A stretch of 59,647 nucleotides of DNA, filler included, from Sluysia triapertura (taxonomy: Eukaryota), in assembly GCA_046118255.1 (NCBI GenBank). It is 4 parts of 4 records of this genome, joined end to end, with 100 filler letters (N's around TTAATTAATTAA, not from the genome) between each part and the next. Parts side by side here need not be neighbours in the genome. Positions count along the whole stretch, not along the records: positions 28,604 to 48,297 come from JBJNIA010054327.1; positions 48,398 to 59,647 come from JBJNIA010186791.1; 2 more parts are not named here. One strand, given 5' to 3'. Numbering within the stretch: the first letter of the stretch is position 1; each line of letters begins with the position of its first letter. Position numbers and translations under genes: made by a program. Under the pieces are notes generated by a model. It searched no databases, was not told where the DNA came from, and worked only from the letters and a program-made list of their open reading frames with translations. This document shows, in pieces, positions 43,380 to 55,800 of this stretch.

Positions 43380-43746
43380 ACGACACCTTACACGGGTTGT
43401 GTAGCATATTTTTAAAATCACACGACTTAGCAATCGAGGTTGACTAAAACTTTAAAAAACAATATTTGTTTTATAAGTTGTAATATTTATTTTTGTAAGA
43501 CATTCTAATAAATACTTGACATTATTTAAGTAAGTTTTGCTTTATTAATTTAAAATTCATTTTGCTAAAGCAACACCTTAATACGGGTTGCGTAACATAT
43601 AAATTCAGCAAAAGTTTTGAAAAGCAACACCTTAATAAGGGTTGCATAATATATACTTATTTTGAAGAAAACAACACCTTAATACGGGTTGCGTAATTTA
43701 TAAAATATAAAAGCTTTATTTGAACAACACCTAATAAAGGGTTGTT
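43380..43746. repeat. Array of five ~22-nt hairpin repeats (consensus RCAACACCTTAATAMGGGTTGY) with unique AT-rich spacers
   Basis: Copies start at 43380, 43570, 43624, 43671 and 43724. Confidence 0.9.
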
Positions 43747-44133
43747 AACTATTAAAAGATAAGATAATAGTTAATAGTTTAAGAATACCTAATAGTACGT
43801 CTCCAATAGTGGTTTAAAGCGTATATATTAGGCGAACCGACTTCTCAGATAATTTGCAGTGTATAGATTTAAGAAAAACACTAGCATTATTAAGGAATAT
43901 TTTTTAGTGTTACGTCACGTCTGGTTTCTTTGGACAGATTATTTTAATTCACACATATTATTGTTAAAGCGGAGACTTACAATAGCAATTTGTATTTATT
44001 ATATAATTAACGTAATTTTTGGGTTAAATAAATACCATTAGTAAAATAAGAAAATTTGTGACAATTTATATATAATTTGGTGAGTATTGAAATTACTCAG
44101 ATTTTATTTAAGGAAAGTAAGCTTATATTGATT

Positions 44134-45137
44134 TGTTGGGATAAGTTCAAAATTAGATGAGGCATTATGATGAACTGCAATGGTAGTATAAGCATATAAA
44201 ATATTATTGGATTTAGTTTATAATATTGAGTTTTATTATTGGTTTTAATGATGGAGTATTGCGAAGCACGTCAACGTAAATAACGTAAAAATTAGTTATT
44301 TTAATCAAGTTTTATAATTTAAAATTAAATGTTAATATGCTCCAATGTCTGAATATTAATAAAGTATATATCAAGTTAATACTTATAGAGAAACCAGTTC
44401 AAATATGTTATTGAACTTGACGCGCAACGTATTAGTGATGAACACTCCTTAATTCATTAATTTTATCTTTAAATTAAATTGACAAATTATGTTATTATTA
44501 TAAAAGCAATGTAACAATGATTTTAAATTTTAATTAGGTGACATTAAGAAGATAAGGGTATTGTTATGTTTAGATAATTGGAATTATAATGAAGACGGAA
44601 ATTGCTGTCGAGTGAAAGAAAATAGGCAGCTTTAATTTCCGTCTTCTCGATTTCTGATTTTTAATTTCACTAATTGCCATGAAACTGCAATTAAAACAGA
44701 AGTAAAAACGACAAAGATAAATCAAATAAAGCAGACTTTTTAACTGTAGGGAAGCTGATTTAGTTCATCAGTGGATAACGGTGAAACTAAAGTCATTTCT
44801 TTAGCAATTGACTAAATAATCCATTTTCTTTTTAGGGCTAGGGTTAGTAATATATTTCATATTGTTTATATTTTGCATTGAAGTTGTGTCATCCATGGTT
44901 GTGATTTGTCTTTAGAGAGTAATTTACATTATAAAGAATAATTTATAATATTGCTATATAGAATAATTTTTATTTTGTTATAGAGTACTTTGTATTGTCG
45001 TTGTTATAAAGAATTATTTATATCTTTTGGTTGTAATTTTGTGATAATTCAAAGAATATATCGCGATTCTAAATTTTTTTAATTATTGAGTTTTAATTAA
45101 TAATTTGTAAAATAAAAAAGTATTAAAAGATACAACT
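44134..45137 (+). mobile_element. Solo LTR (family A)
   Basis: TGTTG...CAACT ends with a 4-bp TSD gatt/gatt; colinear homology with 57036-58298. Confidence 0.75.
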
Positions 45138-46037
45138 GATTTATTGTTACTAATAATTACAAAGATTACAAGTACGCAACATTACTTAGGAATTTTCTTT
45201 TTTAGAAAATAAGCTTAAATTAATATTGTAAGCTGTTTTTGTTGTTTTTTTAATTTTTAAAAGGGTTTTGATGACACCTTAACAAATGTATGGTTTTAAA
45301 AAATGAATTTAATACAAGTGATAAATTTAGTGAGTTGTTTATTTATACATTTTGCGATGTTTATAATACAATGAAACATTTTATATTTGCATCTACGTAT
45401 TTAATTATATATTGCTACTTTAATAACCTTATCATTTTTATTTAAATTAAAACGTTATAATAAAATAGATCATGTACTCCATGGGGGTTTAGTTTTTTGA
45501 CATTTAAAACGATTATTTTAACAATACTTTTTGAGAATGCTTCTATAAATTTTGGTGCTATCAAGACAAATATGTATTCTTTTATTAATCTTATCGTAGC
45601 CTATTATGATTCAACAGAAACTATAACATATTTATGTATAATATAGTATAATACAGTCAACAATTACAATATCTTCTTCTACAATTACTGTTTATAGGTT
45701 TTTTTGTATTAGATATTGTTTTAACAAAAATACCTCAGTACTAAGTCATAACAAGTAAATTAGAACCTATTTCATTAATGACGAAAAAACAATTAACGCC
45801 AACGACAATGCATTAGGCAACAATGCCTTAATTACTAATTTAATAATATAAGATTAATGATGCTTTGACGACTGCCTTATTTCAATTTCATTTATATAAA
45901 AATTATGTTTAACATACAATATGTACTTCATTGCTGAATAAGATTACAAACTCTAACTTTATTTTAAATCGCTACTTATTAACAAAACATTTAACAAAAA
46001 TAATAATTATTTAACAATTTAAAAAACAACTAAAATT

Positions 46038-46358
46038 TCATAAATATTTGGACCATTTGCTAGCATTAATAGAATTATGTAATTCGTTTGAGTTATAGTT
46101 AATTTGGTTTTCGCATTCATTACTTGATTCTTTTATTTCTCCAAATGTTTTATTTAAATTTTTTACTTGTTCTCTGCATTCACTACCAGTACCTTCAAAG
46201 TATACCTATAAAGAGAATTATAAAAACATAGAATATACTTTTATTAATGACTGCTTACTTCCACACATTTTACAAGTCCATTTCCCATCACATCTTTTAA
46301 TTTGGCTTTGAAATGTTGAACAAAATACACATTGTAATACAACTATGATTTGCGTCAT
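46038..46358 (-). CDS. MRNIP: MRN complex-interacting protein (UPF0544/C5orf45-like), 95 aa, exons 46358-46239 and 46205-46038
   Basis: MTQIIVVLQCVFCSTFQSQIKRCDGKWTCKMCGSKQSLIK|VYFEGTGSECREQVKNLN..SKWSKYL*; CxxCxxFQ..KWxCKxCGxKQS..GxGxxCR signature; the 33-nt intron contains an in-frame stop, so the gene is absent from the ORF track. Confidence 0.85.
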
Positions 46359-47057
46359 AATATTAAGTTATACAAATGATTAAAGGTAATCGACAAAAAT
46401 TAATTTTAAATTACAAAATAATAATCTAACATTATTCAAAAATATAAAATTAACTAAGTAGTAATATGATACTTTCAATCATTGTTTTCATTGTAACTAG
46501 TCTGTTAATATTTTGGCTTAGCACAATTTCTAGGTCAAATATGAACATTTGAATGAAATTGTTTAAAATTATTAACATTATGTAACATCGATTTATTAAA
46601 TTAAATAACTTCTGTAATTTTAGCCATTTATTGAATTAACATAATTTTATCTTTAGGTTATAAAAGTAAAGTCAAATTAGGTTTTATGTTAATTACATTA
46701 TTGTAATATTACAAAAATGTTATTCAGTAACCTTTAATTTGGTAAGTCATATGTATTTCAATTTATACCCTCAATTAAGATACTTTTATTAATTGATTAC
46801 TTAATGGCACGCACTTGCCATTACGCAAGATGTAAAGAGTAATGTTTCGGAATATAATTAATATGCGAATTAATATCGAGATCAATAAAAAATATCACAA
46901 AAAACGTTTTAAAGTATGAAGATACCTCGGACTTCTAAACCTTAAGATCATTTGAGACCTTGTTGATCCTTTAGAACTGTTGAAGATCTTTGAGTAACTA
47001 TGTAAAATGTTTGGAACCTTTAAAATGTTCAAGGATTAAAATCTTGGTTAATAATAT

Positions 47058-48297
47058 TGTTGGGATTGCCCAAATGTAGATCAGGAGATGAATGAGAAAC
47101 ATATAGAACTATAAAATGAAGGAAGAACTGATACAAAGTAATGGATTGAACATTATAAACATTGTTAGAATAATAATCATGAAATTCAAAACATCTATAA
47201 TAATGTTAATAGCTAAAGAATATCTTAAAGTACTAAAGACATATATGGGTCTGAAATGAAGATTGAGATGAGCTTGGAAAACCTTTAGAGGCATTAAAGT
47301 ACTTTTAGAACTTGTAAACCTTTTGATCAATTAAGACTTTATTAGCATGTAGGTATTCTTGAAACATCTGATGGGCATTTGAGATCTTTTAGTAATCTTA
47401 CAAAGTATTTAAAATCTTTAAAATATTTGAGAAATAAAATCACTGCTATCGGTATTAAGGATAAATCTAATACAGTAATAATTAACATTCCTGGGATTGG
47501 TGAAGAATAATGGTAGATGTAAGGGTCAAAACTAAGGATGACAGAATAGATTCAACATTATTAAAGAACTAAGACGAGGCATTATGATGAACTGCAACAG
47601 TAGGATAACCATATAAAATATTTGAATCGAAATAAAATAATGAGAGATACGAAAAATAACCCTGTAAAAGGTTTGATTTGTTAAAACATTAAATATATTT
47701 GTTAATTAACTTAATTAAAATTTATTAATTTAAAAACTCAATGGAAATGTTTCCTCATACCATAATTTAGTGTATAATGTTGAGTTTTATTATTGGTTCC
47801 AATGATGAAGTACTGCGAAGCACGTCAACGTGGACAACGTAAAAATTAGTTATTTTAATTAATTTTGTAAGTTAAAATTAAAATATTAAATATCTTTTAA
47901 TGTTTAAGTATTAATAAAGTATATATCAAATTGATGCTTATAAAGATACTAATTCAAATATGTTATTCAACTTGACGTGTGACGTATGGTTGACGCATAA
48001 CACATTAATGCAAAATACTACTGAGAGAAATATATTTATTATTTTATAAATTTATTTCAGATTAAGTTGATAAATTACGTTATTGGTATGATAGCAATAT
48101 AACTGTTGGGATTGCCCAACTGTAGATCAGGAGATGAGTAAGAAACATATAGAACTATTAAATGAAGGAAAAACTGATAAAAAGTAATGGATTAAACATT
48201 ATAAGCATTGTTGAAATAAAAATCATGATAAAGAAAACATTTATAATGATCCTAACAGCTAAAGAATATCTTAAGGTTCCAAAGACCTATATAAGGG
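47058..48297 (+). mobile_element. Nested LTR-like repeats: family B (47058-~47480 and 48104-48297) around a family A piece (~47490-48100)
   Basis: tgttgggattgcccaa..gatcaggagatga..agaaacatatagaact occurs twice; the middle part shares gcgaagcacgtcaacgt with copies near 44260 and 57350; the family B tail resembles ~5900-6010. Confidence 0.6.
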
Positions 48298-49891
48298 NNN
48301 NNNNNNNNNNNNNNNNNNNNNNNNNNNNNNNNNNNNNNNNNTTAATTAATTAANNNNNNNNNNNNNNNNNNNNNNNNNNNNNNNNNNNNNNNNNNNNTAA
48401 ATACATTATTGTCTATATTGTCGTTTATAATTTTTGATATAAAATCGTTAAAATATTTTTGAAAAAGCTTTCATACACTAGAATTTAATTCTAGGAGGCA
48501 AAATCCTTTTAATCGATCCCATATAACGGGATTTACGTAAAATCATTTTAAATATCCACATTTAATATTTAGATTAAATTAATTTAAATTCTTCTTAAAA
48601 CTCCAGATTTAAGGTAGGATCATCACTTTAATAGTTAGCTATCTATTTTTGCATTAAAAATCCAACGGCTGGCCCTCGCTGGTAAGTCCAGTACGTTGGT
48701 GAACTCACGTAAAATTTAAACTCTTTATTCTATATCACTCTTTTTCACATTCTCACAGTATATAATTTATAGAAGAATAAAAGGAATGTTAAAAGCGTCC
48801 TAAGCAGCTGATAATAATAATAATAATAGAAAAATTTTATGTTTTTAATTGAAATTAAGACTATAACGCTAATTAAAAAATTTATTATGTATAAAAGTTA
48901 TTAATTTAGAGGGCCATTACGAAAATAATATAAAAACACTTGATAAATTAGATTTCAACGCAATTGTTATTGTTTGCACTGATAATGCCGTCGATATCAG
49001 TAAAGACAGATCTAGAATTAAAATCTGTTTGTAAGGTATTTATTAAACAACTTATCAGACAATTTTCATCTAGCATATGATCCTGATCGTGTTTATAAGA
49101 ATTGTTAATGCTATTTGGAAACTCTCTGTGTGTAACTTTGGCCTACATAACTATCTATAATTATTAAATATTAATTTGTAAATTGTATTAATGTAAGTGT
49201 TTTTCTTAGTTAAATAAAGATCAAACTATGACTAAAATATTTGCAACTGGTATTATTAAAATACACAAAAGTATTGAGTCACTTATTAATGTTATAAATT
49301 GTATATATCATATTGTTTTTATATATACATAAATAATTTTGATATAAAGTTCTTTGGCATTGATAAATAGTTAAATTTTTGTAAAACTTTTAGAAAACGT
49401 TGATCTCTTCACTGAACAACCTGCGACACTCTTACTTTTACCTTATATTTATAACCATTCCAATTGTTTTATTTTAATAAATATACCTTTTGATGTGTAC
49501 TGAAGTGAAAACTTATATTAATTTCTTTCTTCTCTCTCTACCAAAAGAGACAAGTTTATAACGAACCACAACGATTTATAGATACTAATAATATAATAAT
49601 TTAAAAGTTTAGATAAAAGTTTAGAATTAAATGATTAAATAATGCAAGTTCTAAAACAAAACCTAACGTTATAATACCATTTTTATTAGAATATGAATAA
49701 TAATGAAAAGTAACAAATTTAAACAATTCAACCAATCATAATAATGAGAATTTTCTTATTGTTTTTATTTGTGTTTATATTAGCAACCAATTATATAAGT
49801 AGATATATCGCAATTTGTAGCTAATAAATTATATTATTATTGTTATCTATATTTTACTTAACATACAAGAAAACAATTATTTATTTTAAAC

Positions 49892-52800
49892 ATGAATGAA
49901 AGTGATAATAAAAAATTCATATCATCAGCACAAATAACAAATATTTTTCAAACACCAATTAATAAAGATTCATCTAAATCGACTATTTTTAACAGAAATC
50001 AGTCTGAAAAATATCAACGTACACCCAAATGTGCTCGATGTCGAAACCATGGTTATGTATCAGCGTTGAAAGGTCATAAACGATATTGCAGTTGGAAAGT
50101 TAGGCTTACTTTTTTTAACTTTAATTTCTAAATTATAATATACAATTATATTATTTCTTTATGATTTATAAATAACTTTCAAGTGGAAATAATGTAATTT
50201 TTAAAATTTTATTTTTTATTCATGTACTTAAATTAGATTTAAAACAGTTTATTGTTTAATTTATTTATGAAATAAATTTTTCTTTTTTAAATTTATTAAA
50301 TTAAATTTTATTGATTCTATTTAATCTATTTTTTATAAATACAAATTGTTAAGCAAAATAATTATAAATGGCAATAAGTATAATCGAAAAAATTTTTTTA
50401 ACTAATTAATTTTGTCTAAAACAATCTGTTGTAATATTGAATTAATTTCGTATAATCTTTAGTGTGATAGAAGGTTTAACACTATTTCCACCACGATTTT
50501 TGTATGCCTCTCTATATACCGGCTACGTAAAATTTAGATCTGGCATGAGCTGAAGGAAAATTATACCGCTAAATAAATCTAACAATTATTATACGAAAAG
50601 TTAGAAAACATGAATTGAGAAAAAACAGAAAATAATTTCAAATTAAAATATTAAAAGGTTTTTTTTGAAACCTTTAGTAGAAATAGTGTTAAAATAAAAG
50701 AGGACAGAATGAAGATTGTACAATATAAGTAATGCATGATTCTGGACAAATAATGAAAAATTTATATATCAAGAATTTTTATTTTTATTGAAACTTAATT
50801 ATAATAATTGCTTTCAATTTCATCAGAAAAATTGTAACGAAATATTAATTAATTAAATTAATTAATAATTAAATTAATAAAAATTAACGAAATATAATGA
50901 TTTTCATACCTTTTCTATGATTGTATATACTACCTCTGTTTCATATTAAATGAGCCATTAGATGATGTAAAATGTTTCAAATTAAATTGTAAATAAAAAT
51001 GAATTTTGTAAAACTATAACTTTTAGACTAAGAAGTTAAACAAAAATATAGAAAATATCTATTTTGTATTAGAAACAATAAATTTATGCTTATTTTTCTT
51101 AATTAAATAAAAACAGAGGCAGAAGAATTTTATTTCTAACGTTTCAATTCTATACTAATAGATTCATATTAGATTTCAATACCGTTACGATTATGTATGA
51201 AATATGTGGTCGCCATTAAATCAACTTAGTGCTACTTGTAATCCGTCTAGAGAATAAGTTAATTTATGGCCACATTTCTTAAACCACATTCACTGAAAAT
51301 CAATAAGTGGATTAAAATTATATTTTCGTATACATAATCATCATAAAGTGATTTATATTTAAGTTCTTCATATTTCGTATAAGTATAATAAATGTAAGTA
51401 TTAATATATCAGATATTTCTATCGTCATTAGATAAATTCTAAATATTAATACTCAAATTCCTAAAATGGAACGGTAATCCTGAATGATTGTGTAAAATTT
51501 ATACAGAACACATTTACATTTTACAATTTTTTCTAAATCAGAAATATAATTCTGCTTCGTTTCATCGCCGTTTATTAGATATTTATATTCAGATTTTATT
51601 CTTGATATTACTAAGATAGTAACAATTATTCATGTGAAAATTCAAATTATTAGGTTTAGATTCAACTAGTTCAGCTTAGGCCAAAAAATGTTAAATGACA
51701 ATGAAACAAATTATGGTTATGTGAGGTGTATTTGGTTTGGTTTTGATATATGTGATTTGTTCTTCAATCAGATTATAAAGATTACATTAGATTCTTCAAA
51801 TTTAGTATTAGCACAACGTATTTATAAAAAAATACTTCGAGATGCTATCAGAGAATTCAGAAATACAATTTTTTCTCTGAGCAATCTCCACTCTATGTTC
51901 TTTGTACTTATTTGTAATTCACTACCAATATCTTATTGTTTTTAAATATAATAAAATGTACTAAGGGCACCTTTTGTTTTATTAATTTTTTTCAGATATT
52001 TTAAAATTAATTTCTATAATATATTCATTTCAATTTTAATATTGCTAATTTTTATTTCAGTTTAACTAGATTTGATTTTTAAACCTCTTGAAAATATTCA
52101 TAAAAATAAATTTACATAAATTATTATTATGTTCTATACTTAAATAAATTTAAATAAATATTATTAAACATTATTATTAAATAAATTATTATTAAATAAA
52201 TTTATACATTTACTTTTAAGGATTGTGTATGTTCAAAATGTTCTTTAATTGCTGAAAGACAACGTGTAATGGCAGCACAAGTTGCTTTAAGACGACAGCA
52301 AGCTCAAGAAGAACAAGAACTGAAAAATATGATGTTTAATAATAATTCGGTTGAAGAATTGAATCAAAAGAAATTATCTTATAACTGTAAATCATCAAAT
52401 TCAGTGGAACTTAATTTAGGTTAGTTTTGAATTTTATATTAATAAATTTAATTGTTAAAATATTTCAAGTATTTCATAATAACTTTGATAAAATGGGAAT
52501 GGAAAAACGAATGCTAACGAGCACAAATAAATACAAAGATTAAAGTTTTCAATTAAAGTTGTGATTATGTGTTTCGTTATAATATTCAAATAATTGTAAA
52601 CGTTTTGAATTTATATTTAGTGGTAGAAGTTATTTATTAACTTATCTCATTTAGTAAAGATAAAAGGAAAATTTCATAAATATAGTAAAAACTTCACTAA
52701 AGACAATTGAATAAGTCTCAATCTTAATATATTACAACTGTATCACAATAAAAATCAAATAATGATTAAGTCAATGTTACACAGTCTTACGACAATTAAT

Positions 52801-55800
52801 AAAATAAAATTCAATTATAATACTCAATTTCAGGGGTTACACAACACAAATAAATGTTAGTACCCAAAATACAATAAATAAATAATAAAAGCTCAAGTCT
52901 CTTTTAATAAAATTTAGTCCGATTTTCTAAAGAATTTTAAGATTCAATCAGTGTTTGCCATTACTCTATTGAATCAGCCTTCTTACAGCAAAGGTTATAT
53001 TAATTTTCTTCTATTCTGTTTTTTGTGTTTAATGATAGAAAAATGTGGTTATTTATATAGTGTTTGGATAATTGCTAGAAAGTCGGAAATTCGACTTAAT
53101 TATTGTGCATGTCGAAAAGACATGCTTACTTCTTAGAGTCGGTTTTATGCCGACCAATTTTATTAATCAAATTTGAACATAAATTTCCGTCTTATTATTA
53201 TCTAGCAATTATCCAAAGATAATGAGTTTTGTGACAAACAAACTCATAACTTTTGGACTGCATAAGATCATAGTTATAATAATACTTATCAATACAACAA
53301 TAGATTAACTTAAATTGAATAAAAATCTAATCAATTATAAAACTAATTTTAAATAATAACTTTTGATATAAACGAAACACGTCAACGGTACGTCTCACAT
53401 CATTATCAATAACATATTTAGAATGATCTCTTAATAAGCATTAATTTGATATGCACTTTTATTATGTATGCTCATTATAATACGTAGAAATTTAACTTTA
53501 TAATAAAATATTAATTAAAAATAATGATTTTAAGTTATCTACGTTGACGTGTTTCACACTGTCTTGGTGCTCATAGCATTGAGACATTTCACGATTGTAT
53601 TTTATTATGTGTGATACCCACCTGCATGCAAACATGATAAAGAAAAGTTATCAGTTAAAAATGATTTTCAAACAATTCTAATAAAATTAAATAATTAATT
53701 AATATACTTATAAATTTTTTTGTAAAATTTTATAAAATATTGATCCATTTACCCGTAATATCCTTTCAGTCACTTTATGTTCCGACAACCCCAAAACTAT
53801 TAATTCAAAACTTAATTTTGTATTAACCCAAGATTTGTAAAATTGAATAAAATTATGAAAGGGATTACGTACATAATTCAATTTTAAATTAATTTTTACA
53901 GTTTATTTTATTTTAATTCAAGCTACGTATTTACTTGATTTATAAAAAAAGCGGTAGTGTTAATATTCGAAATTTTTAAATTCAATAAAGTAGATCAAAA
54001 TTTGTTGATTCCTCGCTTTACAATATTTCCTCTGTGTTTACAACTTCGGCGTTTTAGATTCAGAATTTTCTTGTCTTATAACCCATGTAATTTTCATTGT
54101 GTCTCCAATTTACATAGTATTTTCACCGATATTATATTATGGCCAATTATGTTTTGAATTTAATTCTATAATAAATCCTCTACAGTTAAATTTTCCTAAT
54201 TATTAATTTATTTCTTCTTTTTTTAATTAATTTTATGCCTAATATTTATTATTTATTTATTTATAATATTATTATTTATTTATTTACATACAATTACACA
54301 ATGGTTTGTATTTGTTCTTGCTAATATTCGTTTTTTTTAATTTCCATTTAAAATTAATTTTTTAATTATTTAAATTTTATTTATTTTTTATTCTCTTTTA
54401 AATTTCTCACAATATTATAATGAATGATTTATTCTGAGCATTTTGAATACTTATATTGCAGCAGATATGAGAACTATATCAATTAATATATTATTATAAT
54501 TATTAATGTCTTTTACTGCAAAACTCCAAATAAATAACGAAGAAAGAACTTTTTAATTTTAATATAAATTGTACGATATAATTTACATTGCATCGTAAAA
54601 TAAAACTATCGATTAGTTTAAATCCTTCAAAGAATGATACAAGAGTTGACGCAAGTTATGTAAGGTCATTAAGTAACATTCAGTAATAATTTTAAAACAA
54701 AAGACAAAACGCTTGACCTCCTCATACTAAATGTCAATAAAAAAGATCAAATAGTGATATGTTTAAAGATCTTGTTTGTATATTTTAAGAAATTACTGTA
54801 ATTACTGTTGTTAGAAGGCAAAACTTTAAATATGCACATTATACAAAAGTCAGGCTTTTTTAAAAAAATAATGATATTCACAGAATTAAATGAAATCCAA
54901 GTCATTTCCATCTTTGATAGGACACCAAACAAAAACTATTGTAAAGAATCAAACAAAATTTATAACAAATTTTTTGTCAAAATATATAATGATTATACGG
55001 CTTAAATGTGAAGTTAGATGTGAAAAATACAATTAGGTCCTCTGTTGGGAAAAAACGAAATTACTTTCCAAACAATCCAATATGATTTTGTTTTGTAGCT
55101 TTAATAATTTTTCGCAAGATTAGAGTCAGGATCGGATCTAGAGTTTTGAGTGCCCTGCACAAAACAAAATTTGGCGCTCTTTCATACAAGAATATACAAA
55201 TTTACTGCGAATTAAAAAATAGTAAAAAAGGCAAAAAATCAAAATCACACAATAAAGAACTGTATAAAAAGTTTATTTATTTAAAAAATAATACAATAGT
55301 TATATACTTACAAGCGATACAACATAACGAGCGCATTTAAGCTACGAAGAAGCGAGAACTTTGAAAAGTAAGTTATGATATTCCTGTTGCATATGCGCGA
55401 CGTACAAGATTTTTGTAATGCTATTTGTCAAAAATTCAATAGCACATGTAATTAAGCTAATTTTTTTTGAAAATCAGTTTGCAAACAGTTTACAATATTA
55501 AAATAATTAGCGTTATGACCTTTGTTTGTTATTATTAATGAAAAATTTGTCTCATGAAAAATGATCGATTTTAATTTATAAAATCTAAAAAAATGAATGT
55601 AAAAAAATACATTATTTTTATATCGGTGTCCCGGGCAGTCGCCCGGCTTGCCAGCTCCTTTAAATCTACTTTGTTTTAACAAATAAGTTAGCAAATAAAA
55701 ACTGAAATTTTTAAATTTGTAGATTTCAATTATAACTAACATTAATGCATAAGAAAATATGAGAAACATTAATAAAACAATCGGAAAAAGCATATTTTTA

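Noticed and set aside
43380-43746. A true CRISPR array
   Set aside because: Eukaryotic intronic context, no cas genes, only five short repeats, irregular first spacer.
45765-45830. ALLPNALSLALIVFSSLMK as the missing RECQL5 motif I/Ia exon
   Set aside because: No GKS or SPL motif, an in-frame stop and no compatible donor.
55626-55660. Helitron-like 3' hairpin (cccgggcagtcgcccgg)
   Set aside because: Terminal CTAG absent and no 5' end identified.
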